DNA of 64,000 nt from Trueperaceae bacterium. GTDB lineage: Bacteria > Deinococcota > Deinococci > Deinococcales > Trueperaceae. The stretch is from assembly GCA_034521815.1 (NCBI GenBank), contig JAXHLW010000013.1, positions 1,120,001-1,184,000 on the forward strand, given 5' to 3'. Shown one piece after another: positions 12,564-22,029 of this stretch. The first letter of the stretch is position 1. Each line of letters starts with the position of its first letter. The notes beneath the pieces are model-generated. The model saw only the letters and a program-made list of their open reading frames with translations. It was not told the DNA's origin and ran no database searches. The translations under genes were made by a program, and so were the position numbers.

Positions 12564-14615
12564 CTACCGTGCCGGCAAACCGAGATTGCGGGCCAGCAGC
12601 GCGCCGGGATCGGGATCGCGACCGAGGAACTCGCGAATCATCGTCTCGGGCGGTGCGGCGTTGCCGCGTGCGAGGATCGTGCGCCGGAACGCCTCGCCGA
12701 CATCGCGATCGTAGAGCCCCTCGTCGCGGAAGCGAGAGAACGCGTCGGCGTCCAGCATCTCGCTCCACAGGTACGAGTAGTAGCCGGCGGCGTAGCCACC
12801 GGCGAAGATGTGCGCGAAGGCGGGGAGGAAGCCGTCGGCCACGACGTCCGGACGCATCTGGAACGGCGCGAGCACCTCTCGGCCGAACCGGACGGGATCG
12901 CCGTCGCTGGCGGGATCGTAGTCCACGTGCAGGGCCAGGTCGACCGTTCCGAAGCTGAGCTGCCGCGCCATGTGGTGCGCGGCGCCGAAGGTGCGTGCCG
13001 CGCGCATGCGCGTGCGGACCTCCTCGGGGAGCGGCGTGCCGTCGTCGACGTGCCGCGCGATCCGAACCAGCGCCTCGTCCTCCCACAGCCAGTTCTCGAG
13101 GATCTGGCTGGGCAGCTCGACGAAGTCCCACGGTACGTTCGTGCCGCCCAGCGAGCGGATCTCCACCGTGGACAGCAGGTGGTGGAGCAGGTGTCCGAAC
13201 TCGTGGAACACGGTGCTGGCCTCGTCGTGGGTCAACAGCGCGGGGCGATCTCCATCCGGCGGCGTGAGGTTGCCCGAGATCGCACCGAGATGCGGCTCGA
13301 ACCCCGACGCGGTCGGGCCGCCACTCGCCAGCGGCATCATCCACGCTCCCCCGCGCTTGTCCTCGCGCGGGTACCAATCGGTGTAGAACGTCCCGATGTG
13401 CCGGCCGTCCGCGTCGACGACGTCGTACACCTCGACGTCCGGATGCCACGCCCCCTCGGCGCCGGTGCGCCGGATCTCGACGCCGAACAGCCGCTGGGCC
13501 ATCTCGAACAGGCCGGCTTGCACGCGGTCCATCGGGAACCACGGACGGAGCTCCTCGTCGTTCAAATCGAACCGTGCGACCCGCAGCCGCTCGAACGCGA
13601 AGCGGACGTCCCACGGCTCGAGACGATCGAGCCCCAGCTCGTCGCGCGCGAAGGTGGCGAGCTCCTCGATCTCATGCCGGAAGTGCGGACGCACCCGGCC
13701 CCACAGGTCGTGCTCGAACGCCTGCGCGGTCGCTCCCCTTCGCGCCATGCGAGGCTCGATCTGGAGATCGGCCCAGTCGGCGTAGCCCAGCAGCCGCGCC
13801 AGCTCGCGGCGAAGCTCGAGAATCCGTGGGATCACCTCGCGGTTGTCGCGTCCCTCGCCCATTCCGCGCGCCTGGAACGCGTCGTACATGGCCTTCCGCA
13901 CGTCGCGATCGGCGGCGTGGTCGGCGATCGCCAGGTACGACGGCTGATGCAACGTGAAACGCCACCCGTCGACGCCTGCCGCCTCGGCCGCCGCACGTGC
14001 GCGCCGCAACGCCGAGGCGGGAACGCCGTCGAGCCGTCCCTCGTCCTCGACGTCCAGCGCGAACGCGTTCGTCCCGTCGAGCACATTGTTCTGGAACGTG
14101 TTCGCGAGCGCGGCCAGCTCGCTCTGGATCGCCTCGGCTCGCTCGCGCGAGGCCCGGTCCAGTCCGGCCCCGGAGCGCCGCATGGCGTCGAGGGTGAGCT
14201 CGAGGAACCGGGCACGCTCAGGGGGCAGGCTCGTCGCCTCGTCCGTCTCGGCGTACGCCGTGAGGACGCGGTACACGGCGGGATCGCTTCGCTGCCGGGC
14301 CTCGAACGCGGCGAGCTCGGGCAGGATCGCGCTCCACGCTTCACGCACGTCTGGATCCTGGCGCACCGAGTTCAGGTGCGACACGATCGCGACCGCGCGC
14401 CCCATCCTCGCCTCGGCCCGATCGATCGCGCCCAACAGCTCGTCCCAGCGGTAGGGGGGCGACGCGCTTCCGACTCGGGCGAAGGTGGCCTCGGCGTCCT
14501 CCAGAGCGGCCCTCAGCCCTGGACCGACGTGCGCGGCGCGGATCTCGTCGAACGGAACGCGAACATCGTCGCGGAGGAGGGGATTGTCGTTCGCTGGAGA
14601 GCTTACGGACGGCAT
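12564..14615 (-). CDS. prlC: M3 family oligopeptidase A
   Basis: NPLL N-terminus, KRGGAWM, TVFHEFGHLLH, WDFVELPSQILENW, FAHIFAGGYAAGYYSYLW. Confidence 0.93.
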   Translation of the reverse strand: MPSVSSPANDNPLLRDDVRVPFDEIRAAHVGPGLRAALEDAEATFARVGSASPPYRWDELLGAIDRAEARMGRAVAIVSHLNSVRQDPDVREAWSAILPELAAFEARQRSDPAVYRVLTAYAETDEATSLPPERARFLELTLDAMRRSGAGLDRASRERAEAIQSELAALANTFQNNVLDGTNAFALDVEDEGRLDGVPASALRRARAAAEAAGVDGWRFTLHQPSYLAIADHAADRDVRKAMYDAFQARGMGEGRDNREVIPRILELRRELARLLGYADWADLQIEPRMARRGATAQAFEHDLWGRVRPHFRHEIEELATFARDELGLDRLEPWDVRFAFERLRVARFDLNDEELRPWFPMDRVQAGLFEMAQRLFGVEIRRTGAEGAWHPDVEVYDVVDADGRHIGTFYTDWYPREDKRGGAWMMPLASGGPTASGFEPHLGAISGNLTPPDGDRPALLTHDEASTVFHEFGHLLHHLLSTVEIRSLGGTNVPWDFVELPSQILENWLWEDEALVRIARHVDDGTPLPEEVRTRMRAARTFGAAHHMARQLSFGTVDLALHVDYDPASDGDPVRFGREVLAPFQMRPDVVADGFLPAFAHIFAGGYAAGYYSYLWSEMLDADAFSRFRDEGLYDRDVGEAFRRTILARGNAAPPETMIREFLGRDPDPGALLARNLGLPAR

Positions 14616-14678
14616 GGAACGGATCGTACCCGTCGCACCGCCGTAGGGGCGTGGCGCGCGCTTCCGGTCCGGCGACCC

Positions 14679-16811
14679 TCAGTCGGCGGACAGCGGCATC
14701 TGGAGCGCGTAGTCGGCGGGGACCGCGTGACCGTACAGGAACCCCTGGACCTCGTCGCAGTTCAGGTCGCGAAGCGCGTCGCGCTGCTCGTCGGTCTCGA
14801 CGCCCTCGGCGACGACGGTGAGGCCCAGCCCACGGCCGATCGCCACGATCGCTCGCACCATCTCCCGATCGCCGCGCGTCCCCTCGACCAGGCGATCCAC
14901 GAAGCGCTTGTCGATCTTCAGCCCGTCCAGCGGCAGCTTCTGGAGCTGCGCCAAGGACGCGTGCATCACGCCGAAGTCGTCCAGGCTGATCCGGACGCCC
15001 CTCGACCTGAGCTCGCTCAGCACCGAGGCGTGACGCTCGAACACCTCCATCGGGGTGCCCTCCGTCAGCTCGATCTCCAGGAGCGCGGGGTTCAGATCGA
15101 GCCGCTCGAGCTCCTCGCGGACCCAGCGGCCGAAGTCGGGATGCTCCAGCGTCTGTCGGCCCACGTTCACGGCGACGCGGCACGGTCGCCCCGCCAACCG
15201 CCACGTCGCGGCCTGCGTCATGGCCCTGCGCAACACCCACCGGAACAGGTCGGGATCGAGCCGCGCGATCTCGAGCGAGGGAAGGAACGACTTCGGCTTG
15301 AGCAACCCGTCCCTGGGGTGCAGCCAGCGGACCAGCGCTTCGACGCCGGTCAGCGCCCCGCTGCGAAGGTCGACGCGTGGCTGGTAGTGCAACACCAGCT
15401 CGTCTCGCGCCAGGGCGGACCGGATCTCCTGCTCGCTGTCGCGCCGAGTCCAGAAGCGAGCGTCGTCGCCGGCACCCGCGAAGCTGGCGTCGCCGGGCCG
15501 CTCGAGCTTGCTCCGCTCGAGCGCGCGCTCGGCGTCCGCGATCCACCGTTCGACGCCCTCGGCAGGATGGACCGAGACGACCTCGGGGGCCGCTTCGTCG
15601 CCGCCGACCCGGGCCAGCCCGGCGCTGACGGAGAGACGCATCTCGCCGCCGGCCCACGCGACCGGCTCGGCCAGTCGATCCTGCACCGTGCGCAGCAGCG
15701 GCACGACCTCCTCGGGCGTGTTCACGTGGGACCAGGCGATGCCGAAGCGATCCCCTTCGAGCCGCGCCAGCACGTCCCCGCTGGACGTCAGTCGACGCAA
15801 GCGGTTCGCGACCTCCTGCAGGAGCCGATCGCCCTGCGTGCGACCGATGGTCTCGTTCACGAACGTGAAGGCGTCGAGGTCGAACAGCGCCAGGACCGTT
15901 CCCGCCCCGTCACCGCGGGCGCGCTCGACCGCCTGTTCGAGGCGGTCGCGGAACCGTCGCTCGTTGGGGAGACCCGTCAAGGCGTCCACATGCTCGACCT
16001 GCCAGAGCTCGGAGCGAGAGCGCCGCTCGGAGGTGACGTCACGAACCAGGGCGTGAACGGCCACGGCGTGGGCCTCGGCGTTGCTCCAGCTCCGCTGCCC
16101 ATGGTCCTCGACCCAGCGCACCCGCCCGTCACGGGTCACCAGGCGGTAGCGCACGCGGTGGCTCCGCTCGGAGCGCCTGAGGATCTGCGCCTCGCGGAAC
16201 GCATCGCGGTCGTCCGGATGGACCCACGAGCCCGCCCCCTCGTCGAGGAGCTCGGGCGCCTGGAATCCGCTCAGGTGCACCACCGCGTCGCCGACCCAGA
16301 GCAGCTGAGGCTCGCGGTCGGGTCTGAGCAGCACGCTGTAGCCGAAGAACCCGCCGTGTCCGCTGCGTCCGATGCGGTCGCCGGCGTCGACGACGCCCAG
16401 GGCGTGCATGCGGTCGCTCACGTCGCGCTGCACGCTCACGAGGTGGGTGACCCGTCCCTGCTCGTCGCGGAGAGGGTAGTGACGCTGCTCGTTGAAGAAC
16501 AGGCTGCCGTCGCTGCGGTAGTTGCGCACCACGACGGTGCACGGACGCCCTTCCGCGATCGCGGCGCGCATCTGCGCGAGCCCGTCCTGATCGCTGTCGT
16601 CGCGCTGCATGAAGGCCAGGCTCCGGCCCCGGACCTCGTCGGCGCTGTAGCCGGAGAACCGTGCGAACGCCTCGCTGGCATGAACGATCGGCTGTCCGAC
16701 CTCGCGAAGATCGGACAGCGTGTAGCACTCGTCCCCGAACAGGTTCGTGACGAGGCCCAACACACCGTCGTGCGGCGCTCGCTGAAGGCGTCCGTTCGCC
16801 TTGCTCATCAT
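14679..16811 (-). CDS. LOV-like PAS + PAS + degenerate GGDEF + EAL c-di-GMP signalling protein
   Basis: PIVHASEAF..SGYSADEVRGRSLAFMQ...NYRSDGSLFFN...VQRDV; DALTGLPN; ARLEGDRF; HYQP, EALVRW, DDFG, KIDKRFV, VAEGVET. Start uncertain (MMSKAN chosen). Confidence 0.88.
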   Translation of the reverse strand: MMSKANGRLQRAPHDGVLGLVTNLFGDECYTLSDLREVGQPIVHASEAFARFSGYSADEVRGRSLAFMQRDDSDQDGLAQMRAAIAEGRPCTVVVRNYRSDGSLFFNEQRHYPLRDEQGRVTHLVSVQRDVSDRMHALGVVDAGDRIGRSGHGGFFGYSVLLRPDREPQLLWVGDAVVHLSGFQAPELLDEGAGSWVHPDDRDAFREAQILRRSERSHRVRYRLVTRDGRVRWVEDHGQRSWSNAEAHAVAVHALVRDVTSERRSRSELWQVEHVDALTGLPNERRFRDRLEQAVERARGDGAGTVLALFDLDAFTFVNETIGRTQGDRLLQEVANRLRRLTSSGDVLARLEGDRFGIAWSHVNTPEEVVPLLRTVQDRLAEPVAWAGGEMRLSVSAGLARVGGDEAAPEVVSVHPAEGVERWIADAERALERSKLERPGDASFAGAGDDARFWTRRDSEQEIRSALARDELVLHYQPRVDLRSGALTGVEALVRWLHPRDGLLKPKSFLPSLEIARLDPDLFRWVLRRAMTQAATWRLAGRPCRVAVNVGRQTLEHPDFGRWVREELERLDLNPALLEIELTEGTPMEVFERHASVLSELRSRGVRISLDDFGVMHASLAQLQKLPLDGLKIDKRFVDRLVEGTRGDREMVRAIVAIGRGLGLTVVAEGVETDEQRDALRDLNCDEVQGFLYGHAVPADYALQMPLSAD

Positions 16812-17036
16812 CGTCGTGCGCAGGCGGAGGTCGTCCGCGGGCGCCCGGCCTCCCAACCGGAGAACGCGCCCGCGACGGTCCGAACCTCGCTCCCCACGTC
16901 CCTTCCTGGCATGAGGATAGGACGCGACGCATGAAGCGCACGTGAGATGTTTCCTATGGGAACGACGGTCGTCCCACGCGACGGGCGATCGTCGCGCAGG
17001 TACGAGGAGCATGTCACGGGATTCGTCACGAAATTC

Positions 17037-17921
17037 TTACGCGGACGCCGGCCCGGCGGCGGCACGGTCCAGAGCGTGCGCAGCGAGCCACGCCGTGCGG
17101 TGCCGTTCGAACGCCTCCGCGGCCCGACGTGCCAGCGGACCGGGGCGGCCGCTGCCGACCGTGTCGTCGCCCACCCGAACGACCGGCATCACGCCCTTGG
17201 TGGTGCTGGTCAGGAACGCCTCGGGGGCGTGCTTCAGCTCGTCCAGGCTCACGTCGCGCGTCGCGACGGCGATCTCGCCGTCGAGCGCCTCGAGCAGGTG
17301 CATGCGCGTGATCCCCTCGAGGACCCCGTCGGCGGGCGTGACCAGGGCGCCTTCGTCGGTCGCGACGAACAGGTTGCAGCGCGTGGTCTCGAGAACCAGG
17401 CGGCCGTCGTGGTAGAGGACGTCGGCCGCCCCGGCGGCCCGCAGCTCGCGGGCGTGCCGGACGGCCGTGAAGTAGTTCGTGGTCTTCGCTTCGGGCAGGT
17501 CGCGCTCGAAGCGGAGGGGCAGCAGCGCGACGCCGTCGCGGTAGTAGGCGTCGGGATAGACGGGCAGGTCGACGACGAGCACCAGCGTGCGCGGCGTCCC
17601 GGGATGGAACCCGTCCAGCGGATCGCCGCCCGTGAAGAAGAGCTGAAGACCGAACGTCCCGTGCTGGTTCGCGGCGATCACCTCGCCGACGTGCTTCGCG
17701 ACCCTGTCGGAGGACGGTCTGGGCGTCAGGCCGAGGAGCTCGGCGGTGCGCTCGAAGCGCGCGAGATGGTCGCCCAAGAACAGCGGTACGCCCTCCACCA
17801 CGCGCAGGAAGTCGAACGCTCCGTAGCCGCGGCGGATCGTCAGGTCCGTCAGCGGCAACGCCGCCTGCGAAGCGGGCACGAGCTCGAGATCGAAACCGAA
17901 GATGCGTTCGGGACGGCTCAT
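17037..17921 (-). CDS. Class IV PLP aminotransferase (D-amino acid/branched-chain/PabC-like)
   Basis: RGYGAFDFLR, HLARF, AKTTNY, ETTRCNLF, LEGITR, EAFLTSTTKGVMPV. Confidence 0.9.
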   Translation of the reverse strand: MSRPERIFGFDLELVPASQAALPLTDLTIRRGYGAFDFLRVVEGVPLFLGDHLARFERTAELLGLTPRPSSDRVAKHVGEVIAANQHGTFGLQLFFTGGDPLDGFHPGTPRTLVLVVDLPVYPDAYYRDGVALLPLRFERDLPEAKTTNYFTAVRHARELRAAGAADVLYHDGRLVLETTRCNLFVATDEGALVTPADGVLEGITRMHLLEALDGEIAVATRDVSLDELKHAPEAFLTSTTKGVMPVVRVGDDTVGSGRPGPLARRAAEAFERHRTAWLAAHALDRAAAGPASA

Positions 17922-18074
17922 GCGTGCATGCTACCCGTCGAACCTATCCGTCGAACGTAGGCGAACGCCCGACCTTTCGAGACGCGACCGGCTCGATACC
18001 CCCACCCGGTATCCGATTTGACGTAGCGGAGGTGCGGACCGGTGCTAGCATGCGCAGCAGTCGAAGGAGGCTTC

Positions 18075-19046
18075 ATGGCACGCAAGACGGTCACGACGGA
18101 CGTAGCGATCATCGGCGGAGGACCCGCGGGTCTGACCGCAGGCATCTACGCAGGACGCGGACAGCTCGACACCGTCATCCTCGAGAAGGGTCTGCCCGGT
18201 GGGCAGATCGCCCAGACCGAGGAGGTCGAGAACTACCCCGGCTTCGACGAGGCCGTCCCTGGCCCGGAGCTGTCCCAACGCATGGTCAAGCAGGCCGAGA
18301 AGTTCGGCGCGCGCATCGTGATGGACGAGGTCGAAGGTCTGTCCGGCGACGCCGAGCACGGCTTCGTCGTGAAGGGCTACGAGGCCGACTACCGGGCTCG
18401 CGCGGTCATTCTGGCGACGGGCGCCAACCCGCGGCGCCTGGGCGTCCCGGGCGAGGACGCCTTCTACGGACGCGGCGTCTCGACCTGCGCCACCTGCGAC
18501 GGCTTCTTCTACCGAGGCAAGAAGGTCGTGGTGGTCGGCGGCGGCGACGCTGCGGTCGAGGAAGGCATGTTCCTCACGAAGTTCGCGGACGAGGTCGTGG
18601 TGATTCACCGTCGCGACGAGCTCAGGGCGAACAAGGCGGCGCAAGAACGGGCGTTCGCGAACCCGAAGATGCGTTGGGTGTGGAACACCGTCGTCGACGA
18701 GATCATCGGCGAAGACGACCTGGTCAGCGCCGTGAGAGCGCGCGACGTGACCGACGGCACCGAGACGATCGTTCCCACCGACGGCGTCTTCGTCTACATC
18801 GGCCACACCCCGAACACGGAGTTCCTGCGGGGCGTCGTGGACCTGCGCGAGAGCGGGTACGTCGAGGTCCACGACGAGATCTTCACGTCGGCCGAAGGCA
18901 TCTTCGCCGCGGGAGACGTCGCGGACGAGGTCTATCGCCAGCTCGGCACCTCGGTCGGCGCGGGCACGCGCGCGGCGATGACGGCCGAGCGTTGGCTGGC
19001 CGAGCGCGAGCCGGCCCAGCCGGTCGCCGTCGGCGTGAGCGACTGA
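18075..19046 (+). CDS. trxB: Thioredoxin-disulfide reductase
   Basis: [56 protein letters not shown] before ATG 18075. Confidence 0.96.
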   Translation: MARKTVTTDVAIIGGGPAGLTAGIYAGRGQLDTVILEKGLPGGQIAQTEEVENYPGFDEAVPGPELSQRMVKQAEKFGARIVMDEVEGLSGDAEHGFVVKGYEADYRARAVILATGANPRRLGVPGEDAFYGRGVSTCATCDGFFYRGKKVVVVGGGDAAVEEGMFLTKFADEVVVIHRRDELRANKAAQERAFANPKMRWVWNTVVDEIIGEDDLVSAVRARDVTDGTETIVPTDGVFVYIGHTPNTEFLRGVVDLRESGYVEVHDEIFTSAEGIFAAGDVADEVYRQLGTSVGAGTRAAMTAERWLAEREPAQPVAVGVSD

Positions 19047-19061
19047 GCCTTCCGAAGGCGA

Positions 19062-20120
19062 TCAGCGCTGCGCGAGCCGAACCAGCTCGAACCCGCCGTC
19101 GACCCGAAGCACCAGCAGATTCTCGTACCCGCCCCGTGGCGCGCCGACCAAGGCGCGCCACGACGTTCCTTCGACCTCGAGCACCGTCCAGTCGCCGACC
19201 GCACGAGCCGTCCACGCCCGGCCCTGCACCACGTCGCCCTCCGTGGGCTCGGCAGCGCCTCCGGCCGCGCCTGGGCTCACCTTGAGAAGGACCTCGTTGG
19301 CCGCCGGGGGCACGCCGCCCAGCCAATCGGCCTCGGCCCGCGAGGTCGGCTGGGCGCCAGCCCGCGCCACGCCGGACACGGCAGGCTCGGCGCCGGTGTC
19401 CGCGCCGGTCGTGCGCCACACGACCAGTCGTCGGCTCCCCCGCTCGCCCCGGACCGCCTCCTGCTCGAGCACGGTCGGATCCAGGCCACTCCGGTCGGCG
19501 ACGAGCCGAATCCGTTGGCGGAACAGCGCGTCCTGCACCGAGGGATCGTCGCCCTGATCGTCGTCTCCGTCCAGCGGTAGCGCGACGACCTCCTCGCGCC
19601 GGCCGTTCGCGAGCGGGCGCGCCCACCAGGCCTCGAACGACGCGCCGTCGCGGGGCGTCAGGTGGTAGCGAGCCATGCCGTCCGCAGGACCGACGCGCAC
19701 CGCCACCTCCGTCTCGCCCCACGCCACCACGACCGCCCGTTCGTTCTCGGCGATCCGCACCCAGCGCGTCGGCGCCAAGGGAAGGATCCCCGCGGGGATC
19801 GCCTCGGCCAACGCGGGGCGAGGCTCGCCGCCCACGCTCTCGCTCATCGCCCTGGCGTAGCGGTCCGCGCTGGCCCGATCGCCGAAGGCCGCGACGCGGA
19901 CACGGAACACCGATCCGGCCGCGCCCTCCGCCCGGACCACGTAGGCGGGGAAGCCGTCGCGCAGCAGCCGGCCCGACAGCTCGATCGCCGCTTCGGCGTC
20001 GCTCAGGGCGGCGACCTGCACGGTGTAGGGAACCAGCGCCCCCTGGGCCAGCCCGGCGGCCCAGCCGAGCGCGATCATCGCCACCATCACGGTGCGCGAC
20101 ACCCGTCCGAGCGACCCCAT
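19062..20120 (-). CDS. Exported SPOR-domain protein
   Basis: Signal-peptide-like N-terminus, then YTVQVAALSD..A......L...GFPAYV....FRVRVAAF.DRASA (SPOR pattern). Confidence 0.75.
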   Translation of the reverse strand: MGSLGRVSRTVMVAMIALGWAAGLAQGALVPYTVQVAALSDAEAAIELSGRLLRDGFPAYVVRAEGAAGSVFRVRVAAFGDRASADRYARAMSESVGGEPRPALAEAIPAGILPLAPTRWVRIAENERAVVVAWGETEVAVRVGPADGMARYHLTPRDGASFEAWWARPLANGRREEVVALPLDGDDDQGDDPSVQDALFRQRIRLVADRSGLDPTVLEQEAVRGERGSRRLVVWRTTGADTGAEPAVSGVARAGAQPTSRAEADWLGGVPPAANEVLLKVSPGAAGGAAEPTEGDVVQGRAWTARAVGDWTVLEVEGTSWRALVGAPRGGYENLLVLRVDGGFELVRLAQR

Positions 20121-20894
20121 TCAGAAGTCCTTGCGCTCGAACAGCACGACGGCGGCGGCCGCGAACGCGGCGGAGTACAGCGCGATCAGGGTCACCACCC
20201 AGCCGACGCTGGCCACCGGATCGGTGTAGGCGGACAGGTGCCGCGTGAGCAGGAACGGCTCGAGCGAGGGGAACACGACCAGCAGCTGCATCACGATCAG
20301 GACCGCCAGCGTGGCCAGCGCACCGCTGGCCGCGTTCATCGTCACGACCGTCGCCAGGACCGAGAGGAGCGCCACGGGGATGAGCGCGACCGCCGCCAGC
20401 AGGTACGCCCCGAGCAGCTCCCAGGCGGCGTCCCCGGGCGACATCGTGCCCTGGCCGATCAGGCCCCCCTCGCCCAGCCCCGTGCCGCCCACGAACGCGT
20501 CGAACCCGTACGGCGCGCCCGCCGCCAGCGACGCGATCAGAAAGTACGCCATCGCCAGGAACGGCAGCACGCTGAGAACCAGCAGCTTCGCGAGCAGCCA
20601 CGACGAGCGGGTCACCGGCCGGAGCAGCACCGTCGGCAAGGTCCCGTGCACCGACTCCATGCCGACGAGCTCCGCGGCGATGATCGCCACCAGCAGCGGC
20701 ATCAGGAACTCCATCGACGAGAGCAGGCTCAGCGCCGGCACCTGGAACCCGGAGACGAGGAAAAAGCCGTACACCTCGAAGATGCCGGGCGCGTACGCCC
20801 ACAGCAACGGAAACACCAGCAGCAGCACCAGCGCGGCCCGCACGCTGGACAGGCGGAACAGCTTGCCCCATTCCATGCGTAGCAAAGCGGTCAC
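20121..20894 (-). CDS. ABC-2 type transporter permease
   Basis: Multiple TM segments, ESVHGTLPTVLLRPVTR..LLAK, ends FERKDF; GTG start overlaps the ATPase stop (GTGA). Confidence 0.85.
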   Translation of the reverse strand: MTALLRMEWGKLFRLSSVRAALVLLLVFPLLWAYAPGIFEVYGFFLVSGFQVPALSLLSSMEFLMPLLVAIIAAELVGMESVHGTLPTVLLRPVTRSSWLLAKLLVLSVLPFLAMAYFLIASLAAGAPYGFDAFVGGTGLGEGGLIGQGTMSPGDAAWELLGAYLLAAVALIPVALLSVLATVVTMNAASGALATLAVLIVMQLLVVFPSLEPFLLTRHLSAYTDPVASVGWVVTLIALYSAAFAAAAVVLFERKDF

Positions 20895-21955
20895 GACGGG
20901 GCCCCCTCGCCCTGAGCGTCCTCGCCCTGAGCGTCCTCGCCCTGAGCCTGGCCGCGCGACGAGCCGGGCCGTCCGATCTCCGGGCCGGCGCCAGCGGTCC
21001 CGCCACCGGTCCCGCCAGCGGTGCGCTTCAGGCGCTCGGCGGACACGCGCTCTCGGTAGTAGGCGCGGAGGTCGAACACGTCGGCCGTCAGCTCCTGGAG
21101 GCCCACACCGTGCTCCACCAGCAGCGGTGCGACCCGGGTCAGCGCCCCTGGCTCGGTGAGGTGAAAGATCACCTGGCCGGCACGAAGGAACGTCTCGAGA
21201 ATCCACGGCTGCGCTTGCAGCGCGCTCCGCGCCGCTTGCGGATCGTCGACACGCGCACGGTACCGATCGCGCCGCCGGTCGAGGTCGACCTCGTCGATCA
21301 ACGCTCCCTCCTCCATGATCCCCACGCGGTTGCAGTACGCCGCGACCTCGTCGAGGTGGTGGGTGGAGAGCAGCACCGCCGAGCCCCGCCCCGCAGCGTT
21401 CCTCAGCACCCGGTGGACCAGGTGGAGCGACAACGGATCCATGCCGCTGGCCGGCTCGTCCAGGATCAGCACGTCCGGTCGCGTCAGCAAGGCGCCGGCC
21501 ACGCCCAGCCGCTGGCGCATGCCCAGGCTGTACACCCCGACCTTGCGATCGGCTGCCGGTCCGAGCTCCATGAGCTCGAGCAGCTCCTCGATCCGCTCGT
21601 CGGCCACGCCGCCCGCCAGCCGGGCGTGCAGCCGCAGGTTGGCGCGGCCGCTCAGGTAGGGATAGAACGCCGCCGGCGCCTCGACCACGGCCCCCAGGCG
21701 GCGACGGATCTCGGGGTGCTGCTGCGGATCCTTGCCGAGCATCGTGACGGTCCCCTCGGTCGGAAACGCCAATCCCGACACCAAGCGGATCACCGTCGTC
21801 TTGCCGGCGCCGTTGGGGCCCACCAAGGCGTACACCTCGCCGGGCGAGACGTGGAACGTCAGATCACGAACGATCGGCCGGCGACCGTAGCGCTTGCCCA
21901 GCCCTTCGGTCCGGATCGCAGGCGCAGCGGCCCTTTCCGCGGGCGCTTGGGTCAT
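20891..21955 (-). CDS. ABC transporter ATP-binding protein
   Basis: GPNGAGKTT, YSLGMRQRL, LILDEPASG, STHHL. Confidence 0.92.
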   Translation of the reverse strand: MTQAPAERAAAPAIRTEGLGKRYGRRPIVRDLTFHVSPGEVYALVGPNGAGKTTVIRLVSGLAFPTEGTVTMLGKDPQQHPEIRRRLGAVVEAPAAFYPYLSGRANLRLHARLAGGVADERIEELLELMELGPAADRKVGVYSLGMRQRLGVAGALLTRPDVLILDEPASGMDPLSLHLVHRVLRNAAGRGSAVLLSTHHLDEVAAYCNRVGIMEEGALIDEVDLDRRRDRYRARVDDPQAARSALQAQPWILETFLRAGQVIFHLTEPGALTRVAPLLVEHGVGLQELTADVFDLRAYYRERVSAERLKRTAGGTGGGTAGAGPEIGRPGSSRGQAQGEDAQGEDAQGEGAPS

Positions 21956-22029
21956 GGCTCTCCTCCTGCGGCAGTCTACGCGCGGCGCACGACCCAGGTC
22001 ATGGCATTCTCCATAGGCCAGGCGTCGGT

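Noticed and set aside
9259-12714. 1151-aa ABC-F fusion protein
   Set aside because: The distal ~400 aa are out-of-frame read-through over the DUF3810-like gene; better explained by a 1-bp indel.
17930-18055. Short direct repeats (CCGTCGAAC x2) and TTGACG/TAGCAT upstream of trxB
   Set aside because: Spacing between the boxes is about 22 nt and the repeats are too short to support a call.
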